Shown in pieces: positions 36,262 through 45,700 of a DNA stretch of 64,000 nt. The translations under genes were made by a program, and so were the position numbers. The notes beneath the pieces are model-generated. The model had not been told where the DNA came from. It searched no databases and saw nothing but the letters and a program-made list of their open reading frames with translations. Positions within the stretch are counted from its first letter, which is position 1. Each line of letters begins with the position of its first letter. The stretch lies in the NCBI GenBank assembly GCA_037446815.1, contig JBBIHX010000003.1, positions 291 to 64,290 of the forward strand. The letters run 5' to 3'. The stretch comes from Caldilineae bacterium (GTDB taxonomy: Bacteria; Chloroflexota; Anaerolineae; DTLA01).

Positions 36262-37074
36262 ATGGCCCTTAAGGGAAACCTGAAGGATTTCGGCGTTGCC
36301 CAACTGCTGAACCTGATTCACATCGCCCGCAAGACAGGTGCCCTCTCTGTCCGCAGCAATGGATTGTCGGCCACGCTGTATTTCCGCGAGGGGAAGTTGC
36401 TCGGCGCGTACCAGGATAGCCGCGACGACAGCCTTCTGGCCCTGCTCCAGCGCGCCGGCAAGATCACGCCCCAACAGGCGGAGAGCATCTTGTCCCGCGC
36501 CGAGACGCGCACCGACAAGGAGGTCGGCCTCCTTCTCCTCCACAACAACTACGTAACGCAGAAGGACATCCTCCAGGTGGTGCGGGCGGCGGCGCTGGAG
36601 ACCGTGTACGCCATCTTCGCCCTCACCGATGGCACCTTCCAGTTTGATCCCAATCGGATGCTCCCCCAAGAGAAAATCGGCGTTCCCATTGACCTGGACA
36701 ACGTCATCATGGAAGGGACGCGGCGGATGAAGGAATGGGAGCAGTTGCAGGCCGAGTTGCCCGACCTGGACGTGGCCCTGAAGTTCACCGACAGGCCTGG
36801 GACTTCCCTGAAGAACATCAGCCTGAGCGTGGAAGAGTGGCGGGTCATCTCCTTCATCAGCCCGCGCAACACCATTCGCCAAATCGCCCAGTATATCGGC
36901 CTGAGCGAGTTCCAGATTCGCAAAATCGTGTACGGTCTCCTGACGGCGGGCTTGGTGGAACTGGTGCGGCCCGAGGGCGCGCTGCCCCCTGGCCTACCGG
37001 GTCTTCCGCCGTCGCCAGCGGTCAAGCGGGGGGTGATCTTGCGCTTGATTGACAAAATTCGCCGCATCAGCTGA
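36262..37074 (+). CDS. DUF4388-domain protein (MglA-associated regulatory partner type)
   Basis: The N-terminal MALKGNLKDFGVAQLLNLIHIARKTGALSV...YFREGKLLGAY is the DUF4388 signature by eye. The Pro/Gly-rich C-terminal tail begins 18 nt upstream of the GTPase gene. Confidence 0.7.
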   Translation: MALKGNLKDFGVAQLLNLIHIARKTGALSVRSNGLSATLYFREGKLLGAYQDSRDDSLLALLQRAGKITPQQAESILSRAETRTDKEVGLLLLHNNYVTQKDILQVVRAAALETVYAIFALTDGTFQFDPNRMLPQEKIGVPIDLDNVIMEGTRRMKEWEQLQAELPDLDVALKFTDRPGTSLKNISLSVEEWRVISFISPRNTIRQIAQYIGLSEFQIRKIVYGLLTAGLVELVRPEGALPPGLPGLPPSPAVKRGVILRLIDKIRRIS

Positions 37075-37091
37075 CTCGGAGGAACTGCGGA

Positions 37092-37628
37092 ATGCAAGCG
37101 GTCAAAATGGTTATCACGGGCCCATTCAACGCGGGCAAGACGGAGTTCATCAAGACCATCAGCGAGATTGACGTTGTCTCCACCGAGCGGCGAATTTCCG
37201 ATGAGACGCGCGCCACAAAGGAAGAGACCACCGTTGCCATGGACTTCGGGCGCATCACCATTGACGAAGACCTGGTGCTTTTCCTGTTCGGCACGCCCGG
37301 GCAGAAGCGGTTTGATTTCATGTGGGAAATCCTATCCGAGGGGATGCTGGGGTTTATCGTGCTGGTGGACTCGGTGCGGCCCGAGACCTTCCGCGAGGCG
37401 CGCCGCATCTTGGATGTGTTCCGAACCTACGCGCCCGCGCCCTACGTGGTGGCGGCCAACAAGCAGGACCTGCCCGATGCCTGGAGCCCCCAGGACATCC
37501 GCATCGCCCTGCGCGTGGATCCAGGCGTCAAGGTCGTCCCGTGCGTTTCAACCGACAAAGAGAGCGTGAAGAGCGTCCTGCTGGAACTCCTGTACACGAT
37601 TCTGGAGAACTCCAAGGACGAGGAATAG
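37092..37628 (+). CDS. MglA-like small Ras-superfamily GTPase (178 aa)
   Basis: P-loop GPFNAGKT. The switch-II motif FGTPGQ is the TxxGQ variant (Thr replaces the canonical Asp), which is diagnostic of the MglA group. NKxD is present as ANKQD. GGAGG RBS. Confidence 0.8.
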   Translation: MQAVKMVITGPFNAGKTEFIKTISEIDVVSTERRISDETRATKEETTVAMDFGRITIDEDLVLFLFGTPGQKRFDFMWEILSEGMLGFIVLVDSVRPETFREARRILDVFRTYAPAPYVVAANKQDLPDAWSPQDIRIALRVDPGVKVVPCVSTDKESVKSVLLELLYTILENSKDEE

Positions 37629-37643
37629 CGAGGGGCCAACAGG

Positions 37644-38435
37644 TTGGGTTCCATCGTAACACGCCAAGGGATCGTGCATTATGAGACCCAAGGGAGCGGC
37701 CCGCCGGTCATCCTGTTGCATGGGTGGCTTGGCTCCTGGGGGTATTGGCTGGATACGATGGAGGCACTATCCGACGCCTTTCGCACGTATGCGCTGGACT
37801 TTTGGGGGTTTGGGGAGTCGGGCAAGCCGCGCAGCGGCTACGAAGTGGACGACTTCGTGAACCTGGTGGATCAGTTCATGGACCGCCTGGGGATACCGGC
37901 GGCTCCCGTGGTCGGGCACTCCATGGGCGGCACGGTCGCCCTGAAGTTGGCCATGGAGCGCCCCGAGCGGGTTACCAAGGTGGCGGTTGTCGGCTCGCCT
38001 ATCAACGGGCGTTCGTTGAGTTTGCCGTTGCGTTTGGCCGGGCGCAAGCCGGTGGCGTATCTCGTGTGGCACATGCCCGGGATGCTGCGATGGGGCATTC
38101 GGACCTTCTCGCCGCGGCTGGCCCACGACTGGCGCAAGTGGTACGACATGATTATGCACGACCTGTCGCGCACGACGCTGGAGGCCTTTCTGTCCAGCAT
38201 TCGGTCGCTGCGCCGGACGGATCTAACGCCCAGGCTGGGCGAGGTGCAGGTGCCGGTGTTGGGGTTCTACGGCCAGCGGGACCTCATCGTGGACCCGCGG
38301 CAGGGGGGCGTGCTGCTGCGCGGCGCGCCCAAGGCCGATTTGGCCAGGCTGGAGCACTGCGGCCACTTTCCGATGCTGGACGATCCGGCCCTGTTCAACA
38401 GCCGGTTGAGGCAGTTCTTGACCACATCGCATTGA
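37644..38435 (+). CDS. Alpha/beta-hydrolase fold protein (paralog A)
   Basis: HGWLGSW oxyanion region and a GHSMGG nucleophile elbow. Paralogous by eye to 51908..52687 (same N-terminal IVHYETQGSG/IIHYETLGRG, LHGWLGSW.YW). Confidence 0.75.
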   Translation: MGSIVTRQGIVHYETQGSGPPVILLHGWLGSWGYWLDTMEALSDAFRTYALDFWGFGESGKPRSGYEVDDFVNLVDQFMDRLGIPAAPVVGHSMGGTVALKLAMERPERVTKVAVVGSPINGRSLSLPLRLAGRKPVAYLVWHMPGMLRWGIRTFSPRLAHDWRKWYDMIMHDLSRTTLEAFLSSIRSLRRTDLTPRLGEVQVPVLGFYGQRDLIVDPRQGGVLLRGAPKADLARLEHCGHFPMLDDPALFNSRLRQFLTTSH

Positions 38436-38483
38436 CGGCAAGCACGGCGCTATTCGACGGTTCATCCTTTTCTCGGAGGACTC

Positions 38484-39206
38484 ATGGACGAGGAAAAAGA
38501 CATTCACCAGGAGCAGCACGGTCAGGAGGAGCAGCACGCTCACGAAGAGCCGCATGAGCACGGCGAGCATGAGCACGGCGAAGTGGCCCAGCCTCGGTAC
38601 TACTACGGCAACAAGATGGCACGCATCTACCTGCTGGCGCTGGAAGATGTGCTGGGCAAGAACGGCGTGAACGCTTTGCTCAACCTGGCGAAACTGAAGC
38701 ATCTCATCAACAACTACCCGCCCAACAACTTTGAGCGCGAGTTCCCGTTTGAGGACTTCGCGGCGCTGAACCAGGCGCTGGACGACGTGTACGGGCCGCG
38801 CGGCGGCCGGGGCCTGGGCACGCGAGGGGGCCGCGCCACGTTCAAGTACGTGCTCAAAGAATACGGCGCCATGTTGGGCATCAGCGACCTGGCCATGCGC
38901 CTCATGCCGCTGGGCATGAAACTGCGGCTGGGCCTCGGCGTGATGGCTGAGACCTTCAACCGCTCCAGCGACCAGGTGGTGCGCCTGGAAGAGGACAACG
39001 AGCACTTCTACTATCACATCGTTCGCTGCCCGGTGTGCTGGGGCCGCAAGTCGCAGACGCCGATATGCTACGTGGCGCTGGGCCTGTTGCAGGAGAGCCT
39101 CGCGTGGGTAACTGGCGGCAAGAACATGTCCGTTGTGGAGACGACCTGCATCGCCAAGGGCGACCCCACGTGCTGTTTCGTGATTGATAAGAAACCGTTG
39201 GATTAG
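38484..39206 (+). CDS. V4R-domain protein with a His-rich acidic N-terminal tail
   Basis: The C-terminal half carries the V4R cysteine pattern (CPVCWG...C...GDPTCCF). The N-terminal region HQEQHGQEEQHAHEEPHEHGEHEHGE is a candidate metal-binding tail. Confidence 0.7.
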   Translation: MDEEKDIHQEQHGQEEQHAHEEPHEHGEHEHGEVAQPRYYYGNKMARIYLLALEDVLGKNGVNALLNLAKLKHLINNYPPNNFEREFPFEDFAALNQALDDVYGPRGGRGLGTRGGRATFKYVLKEYGAMLGISDLAMRLMPLGMKLRLGLGVMAETFNRSSDQVVRLEEDNEHFYYHIVRCPVCWGRKSQTPICYVALGLLQESLAWVTGGKNMSVVETTCIAKGDPTCCFVIDKKPLD

Positions 39207-39409
39207 GCGGGGGAGAGCACGGGCAGATTGCGGCGCGGGATTCGGGGCCGCCCGCCGACGCGGCTCCGAGCCGTCCCGCTAGAAGCGCATCCTAGGCCGG
39301 GCGAGGTACCCCCCAGCCCGCCGGTCGGCCGAGGGCTTCCCGTGCCTCGCCCGGACGTGCGGGGAGGGGCGCGCAACACGGTGGGCGATCCGGAGGGTGC
39401 CAGAGGGCC

Positions 39410-40660
39410 ATGATACGGATAGTCATTCGGGATCGGACCAAGATACCCCCGTTCAACGAGCCTGCGCGCGATTTGCGCGTGCTCAATAAGCCCCTGTGGC
39501 TGCACCAGCGCGACGTGCTGGCGCGGTACTGCCTCACCGAGGTGGAAGTGGAAGTCGGCGACCCGCTGCCGCCCATCCGTGAAGAATGCCTGGTCTATCG
39601 CGACAACCTCTTCTTTGACGAGGACTTCATCCACGAGTTCTTGCGGTTGGCCAGGGCGCGGCGAAGGCCCTGTCAGGTGGCCTTCTCCCCCGACGACAAG
39701 GCCATCGTCGTTCACGCCCTCCCGCTCCAGGACAACATCCGCCTGCAAGGCGACGTGTATGTGGCCGACCTGTGGTACTACCCCAGCGGCCCCACCGACG
39801 AACCGCCGGAGCCGGTGGTGGTGGACACTATGGCGCAGGAAATCGGGTACTACCACATCCCCACCTACATGGCCTCGGAGAAGGGGGAACTGGTCTTCTG
39901 GGTTCCCTTGCGGCCGTTCCTGGCGATAGAGAACTGGGTGCATGTGTTCATGGCCAATTCGCCCTTTGGCATCTTCAGCATGGGGGCGAAGATGGAGCAC
40001 GAGGTGGCGCGCTTTTCCAAGGCGGCCCGCGTGCTGTTGCGTTCGCTGCTGGAGCGGCGGCAGTTCCTGTCGTCGTCGCGGATGATCCGCGTGGGGCGCA
40101 ACGTGCAGATAGACCCCACGGCCATCATCCAGGGGCCGGCCATCATCGGCGACAACACCACCATCGGCCCGGGCGCGGTGGTTACCAACTCCATCATCGG
40201 CAGCAACGTCAACGTCATGCAGGGATGCCAGGTGATGCTCAGCGTCGTCAGCGATGGGTGCTATCTCCCCTTCCGCGCGGCGCTGTTCATGACGACGCTC
40301 ATGGAGAATTCCATGGTGGCGCAGAATGCCACGCTGCAACTGTGCGTCGTCGGGCGGCATTCGTTTGTGGGGGCCAACACGGTCTTCACGGATTTCAATC
40401 TGCTGGGCAAGCCGCTGCGCACTATGCACAAAGGCCAGCCGCAGCCTGTGGGCTTGCCCGTTCTGGGCGGGTGCGTCGGACACAACTGTCGCATCGGCGC
40501 GGGGATGGTCATCTATCCGGCGCGCACCATTGAGTCGGATACGGTTCTCATCCGCGCCGAGGGCCGCGGCGTCATTTCGGACAACGTGCTGTTTGAGCAA
40601 AGCGACCACGTGCGGTTAGGAGAGGAGAGCCTGCATCCGCAGAAGTACACAAGGGGGTAG
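39410..40660 (+). CDS. Left-handed beta-helix (hexapeptide-repeat) protein with a unique N-terminal domain
   Basis: The C-terminal half has imperfect hexapeptide repeats (IIGDNTTIGPGAVVTNSIIGSNVNVMQGCQV..., VVGRHSFVGANTVF, CVGHNCRIGAGMVI). The N-terminal about 200 aa lacks a GxGTRL nucleotidyltransferase motif. The stop is 1 nt before the next start. Confidence 0.6.
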   Translation: MIRIVIRDRTKIPPFNEPARDLRVLNKPLWLHQRDVLARYCLTEVEVEVGDPLPPIREECLVYRDNLFFDEDFIHEFLRLARARRRPCQVAFSPDDKAIVVHALPLQDNIRLQGDVYVADLWYYPSGPTDEPPEPVVVDTMAQEIGYYHIPTYMASEKGELVFWVPLRPFLAIENWVHVFMANSPFGIFSMGAKMEHEVARFSKAARVLLRSLLERRQFLSSSRMIRVGRNVQIDPTAIIQGPAIIGDNTTIGPGAVVTNSIIGSNVNVMQGCQVMLSVVSDGCYLPFRAALFMTTLMENSMVAQNATLQLCVVGRHSFVGANTVFTDFNLLGKPLRTMHKGQPQPVGLPVLGGCVGHNCRIGAGMVIYPARTIESDTVLIRAEGRGVISDNVLFEQSDHVRLGEESLHPQKYTRG

Positions 40661-40661
40661 T

Positions 40662-41714
40662 ATGGAACGTTTCGGCTTTATCCTACACCCTTTGGATGTG
40701 CGGAGAGATGTGGCAAAGCGCTTCGCGGTTCTCAGCATCTTGCCGCTACGGTGGCTGGATTTCCTGTCGGGATATTTCCCGCCGGTGTACCTGTCGCACG
40801 TTACTGGCATTCGGTCTGCACTGGGTGATGAGGCGGAGGGTTGGCTTGTGGCCTGCCCGCTCACGCCCAGGGCGATGACCCGGTTCCCGCTGAAGCGCGT
40901 CTATCGGCAGATCATCCGCGCCGGGCAACTGGCCGAGCGGCTCGGCGCGCGCATCATTGGGCTGGGCGCGCTGACCTCAGCCGTCGGCGACGCGGGGGAG
41001 ACGGTGGCGCAGGGCCTGAAGGCAGCGGTAACGACGGGCAACAGTTACACGGTGGGGGTTACCTGCGGCGCCGTGCGCGCCATTGCCCGCACCCTGGGCA
41101 AGCCGCTGGAGGAGTTGCGCGTGGCGGTGCTGGGCGGGACGGGGTCCATCGGCAGCGCGTGTGCGCGCCTGCTGTGCCGCAACGTGGGAGAGGTGCGCAT
41201 CGTGGGCCGCGACCCTGCAGCGGTGGAACGCCTGGTGCGTTCGCTGGAACCGGTGGCGTATCGGGAGGTATCCGGCACGACCGACCTGATGGCCCTACGG
41301 GACGCGGACGTCATCGTCAGCGCTACCAACTCGGCAGGGCCACTCATCCGTCCGGAGCACTTGCGCCCGGGCGTCGCGGTGTACGACCTGGCGTTGCCTC
41401 CCGACGTGTCGGCGGCGGTGCGCCAAATGGGGCTGGATGTGCAGGTCTATTCCGGCGGCGATGTCCTGGTGCCGGGGAAGCCGAACTTCGGGTTTGACTT
41501 CGGGCTACCGCCCGGCCATGCCTACGCCTGCATGGCCGAGACGATAGCCTTGGCCTTGGAGGGTCGGTACGAGAACTACACGCTGGGGCGAAGTATCGCC
41601 CCAGAGCAGGTGCTGAAGATTTGCGTCATCGCCGAGCGGCATGGGTTCCGCCCCGCGCCTTTGCGCGCCAGGGGCAGGACCGTGGAAGTGCCCTCGTGCG
41701 TGGAAGTGGTATAA
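40662..41714 (+). CDS. Acyl-ACP-reductase (AAR)-like NAD(P)-binding protein
   Basis: By-eye alignment to cyanobacterial AAR throughout: FGFILHPL~[16 protein letters not shown]~[32 protein letters not shown]~[36 protein letters not shown]~[20 protein letters not shown]~VRHGFQP. The catalytic Cys of the AAR 'EHC' motif is not obvious here. Confidence 0.65.
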   Translation: [350 protein letters not shown]

Positions 41715-41762
41715 TAGAAGCCGGCAGGTGCGCTTGTACGACAGGTGTTAGGGAGGATAGAT

Positions 41763-42674
41763 ATGCCGAAGGACAGGATTCTAATCGTAGAAGATGACCG
41801 CGACATCTCCAGTCTGCTCGCCTTCTACTTTGAGTCCCAGGGCTATGAGATTCTGGCGACCACGCACGGCAACGAGGCCCTGGAGATTTCGCGGCGCAAG
41901 TTGCCCAACCTGGTGATTCTGGATATCAAACTTCCGGACATTGACGGCTACGAGGTATGCCGCCGCCTGCGCACCAACCTGCGCACCAGCCACATCCCTA
42001 TCATCTTCCTAACCCAGAAGGACGAGCGGGCCGACCGCATCGCCGGCCTGCAACTGGGCGCCGACGACTACATCACCAAGCCCTTTGACATGGAGGAACT
42101 CCACCTGCGGGTGAAGAACGCCCTGCGCCGAGCCAGTTACGAGAACCTCACGAACCCGGTTACGGGCCTCCCCAGCGGGCGGCTGATAGAGGAGCAGTTG
42201 AAATCCCTCATCCAGCGCAACAACTGGACGGTGCTGTATATCGGCGTGTGCGGGTTGCGCGCGTTCAACGACTTGTACGGCTTCGTCGCGGCGGACGACG
42301 TGCTCCGCTTTGCGGCGATGGTGTTGGGCGAGACGATTGACGCCCTGGAAGGCGGCCAGGACTTCGTGGGCCACATCGGCGGCGGCGACTTCATCATCAT
42401 CACCACGCCCGACCGCGAGGCGGCCCTGCGCGAACGCATCACGGCGCGGTTCAACAGCGAGGTCAAGAGTTTCTACAACTTCAAAGACCGCGAGCGCGGC
42501 TACCTTCTCATCAAGGACGAGACGGGGCGAGAGAAAAAGGTGGCGCTCATGACGCTGGCCGTGGGAACGGTGCACGGAGGGGCCGGGCGGTTCAGCGACA
42601 TCCGCGAAATCACCGAGGTGGCCTCCGACGCGCGCCGCGCCGCCGCCATCGCCCAGTGCGGCGAGATCGGCTAG
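41763..42674 (+). CDS. Response regulator: REC domain + degenerate GGDEF-like domain (GGDF)
   Basis: REC: ILIVEDDRDI...LDIKLPDIDGYEV...DDYITKPF. C-terminal: NPVTGLPSGR...HIGGGDFIIIT, GGDEF-like with a degenerate GG(D/E)EF motif. GGGAGG RBS before ATG 41763. Confidence 0.75.
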   Translation: MPKDRILIVEDDRDISSLLAFYFESQGYEILATTHGNEALEISRRKLPNLVILDIKLPDIDGYEVCRRLRTNLRTSHIPIIFLTQKDERADRIAGLQLGADDYITKPFDMEELHLRVKNALRRASYENLTNPVTGLPSGRLIEEQLKSLIQRNNWTVLYIGVCGLRAFNDLYGFVAADDVLRFAAMVLGETIDALEGGQDFVGHIGGGDFIIITTPDREAALRERITARFNSEVKSFYNFKDRERGYLLIKDETGREKKVALMTLAVGTVHGGAGRFSDIREITEVASDARRAAAIAQCGEIG

Positions 42675-42709
42675 CGGCCCTCCGGAATCTCTAGAGGCGG
42701 GGTTAGGGT

Positions 42710-45700
42710 ATGAACGTTTCCAAGGGAAGATTGAGAGCGCAGCAGGTTGTCGCCTGGCTGTACTGGTTCGGATGGCTGTACGTGCTGATTTCCTCCCTCA
42801 CCAATCAAGGACGGGTCGGCCTGTGGGTCTTGGCTCTCCTGGCCGCGCAGTGGCTGGTGCTCCGCGTGGGCGCGGTTCGGGCTTTTCGCGCTCGTCATGC
42901 TCTGCTTGGACTTCTTGCCGTTGAGGTGCCATTTTCCATCGCGGTCTTCTATTTGACGGGCGGGCGTACCAGCCCCGCGTCCATCCTGGCCTACTTCCTC
43001 GTCGGCCTGGGCGCAGCGCACTTGCCGCTCGCGGCGCTGGCGGTGTACATCCTCGGCATCACCGTGGCGTTCCTGCTGCCTCTCGTGCCCCCGCTGTGGC
43101 CCGCGGGCGAACCCATCCGCTGGCAATACCTGGTAACGGGGCTGTTCAGTTACTACGCGCTGGGGTACATCGTCCGATACCTGGTGCAGGCCGAGGAGCG
43201 GGAGCGGGCCGAGCACCTGGAAAGCCAGGAGGTGCTGGCCGAGTCGCGCAGGCGCGTGAACGAACTCACCGCCCTACAGCGCATCAGCCGCCAACTCGGC
43301 AGCACGCTGGAACTGGACAAACTGCTGCCCATGATTGTGGAAGAGACGGTGGCCGCGACGCCGGCAACTCATGGCGCGCTGCTGCTGGTGGATGAGAACA
43401 CGGGCAAGTTGGCGCTGCGCGCGTCCTACGGGTACACGCCCGACCAGATCATGGCCTACAAGGAGTTGGACTTTGAGTCCACCAAGACCATCGTCGGGCG
43501 GGTGCGGGAGACGGGGCAACCGGCGCTCATTGCCGATGTGTCCCAGGACGCGGACTACTTCGCCCTCGTGCCGGAGACACGCTCCGAGGTGGCGGTGCCC
43601 ATCCGAATGGGCAACGTGGTGGTGGGCGTGCTGAACCTGGAGGCACGCACGCCCAATGCGTTCGCCGATGCCGATGTCCATTTCTTGGAGGCCATCGCCG
43701 ACCAGGCGGCGCTGGCGCTGGCCAACGCGCAATTGTACACGGCGACCGACAGGACCCTGGCGCGGCGCGTGGAAGAACTCGGCGCGATGAGCGAGATCAC
43801 GCGCGAGTTGGCCAGCACGCTGGACCTGCACCGCGTCCTGGACTTGCTCATCGGTCGCGCCATCCAGGCTACCGGCGCGACCTCGGCCCTGGCGGGCCTG
43901 TACGACCCCGAGACCGATACCCTGGAACTTCTCGCGCACCGGAATTATCCCACGCTCATCACCGCCGAGGGCACCGTGGAGCGGCCCGCGACGGGCGGCA
44001 TCACCCAGCGCGTGGTGCGAACCGGCAGGCCTGCCCTCGTGCCCGATGTTACCAAAGACCCCGACTACGTGCCGGCCCTGCCCGACACGCGCTCGCAGTT
44101 GACGGTGCCCATCCGCTACGAGAACCAGGTGCTGGGCGTGCTGAACTTGGAGAGCAACCGTCCGGCAGCGTTCACCCACGAGAACCTGGCGTTTGTGGAG
44201 AACCTGGCAAACCAGGCGGCGGTCGCGGTCCGAAACGCCCGCCTGTACGACCAGGAACTCCGCCGATTGCAGGAAATCTCGCTGCTGAACGAGGTGGGCC
44301 AGGCGATTTCGGGCAGCCTGGATTTGGAGTCCACCCTACAGACCATTCTGGAGAGCGCGCGCCGCCTGCTGGACTACTACGTGGCCGAAGTGAACCTGTG
44401 GGACGAAGACCAGGGCGTGATGGTAACGTGCGCGGCGGCGGGCGAATCGGGCTACCTGACCCAGGTGGGCACGACCTACACGCCGGAGCAGGGATACACC
44501 GGCTGGATCACCCGCAACCAGAAGCCTCTGTTCATCCCCGACACGCGGGCGCGGGCCGATGTGCAGCCGCGCGTGAGCCTGGAAGACACGCCCTACCGTT
44601 CCTACATGGGCGTGCCGCTGGTGAAGGGGCAGAAATTGGTGGGCACGCTGGAGATGGCCGCGGACCGCCCCAATGCGTTCTCGCAGCAGGACCTGCGCCT
44701 GCTCCAGGCCATCGCGGGCCAGGCCGCCGTCGCCATTGAGAACGCGCGCCTGTACGAGGAGACCCAGTCCAGGGTGGACGAGATGGCCGGCCTGTTCCAG
44801 ATTGCCGGCATCGTTACCTCCACGCTGGACATGGACCAGATGCTGCAGGAGACGCTGCGCAAGACCGCGGAGTTGCTCAAGGCCGAGAAGATGGCGCTCC
44901 TCCTGTACAACGAGACGACAGAGCGGCTGGAAGCGCGGGCCAGCGCCGTGGTGGGACTCCCGCCCGAGGAAGCGGAGATGCTCTCTATTGATGCACAGAC
45001 GCCCGATTTCGCCTACGGCGTCTTTCGCACGGGCCGACCGTTCCGTTCGTCGGATGCGCCCCACGACAAGCGCATCATCCCCGCCTACCGCCCGCTGATT
45101 GAGAAGTACGGGTTCCGTACGGTGCTGTCGGTGCCGCTGCGGACGCAAGACGTCATTCTGGGCGAACTGCACGCGGGGAACAAGCGCGATGGGGCCTTCT
45201 CCACCGAGGATGAGCGGCTTCTGGCGACGGTGGCCGCCCAACTGGCGGCGGGTATCCAGAATCTGCGGCTGTACCAGCGCACCGACGAGCAACTGCGGCA
45301 CCAGATTGACCAGATGACGGCCCTCCAGCGCATCACGCGCGAATTGAACGCCACGCTGGAACTGGAGCGCATCCTGGAGGTCGTGATCACCGAGGCCATT
45401 CGCGCCACCCGCGCCTCGCATGGCAACATCGCCCTGCTGGATGTGGAGAGTGGCACGTTCCACATCGCGGCGTACAAGGGGTACTCGGCGGAAGAAGAGG
45501 CTATCCTCCAGAAGATGACCCTGGGCAGCGGGAACAGCATCGCCGAGGATGCCATCCGCGCCGCCAAGTCCATCATCGTGGCCGACGCCCGCAAGGAGAC
45601 CCGCCCCGTCTGCATTCGCAAGGGCACCCTGTCCGCCGTGGCCGTGCCCATCCTGTACGAGGGGGCGGTCGCCGGCGTCATCAGCCTGCGGGCGATGGAG

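Noticed and set aside
39207-39409. Possible terminator or ncRNA in the 203-nt gap between the V4R and LbH genes
   Set aside because: The region is GC-rich but has no convincing stem-loop plus U-tract. It is more likely a 5' UTR or an internal promoter region. The evidence is insufficient.
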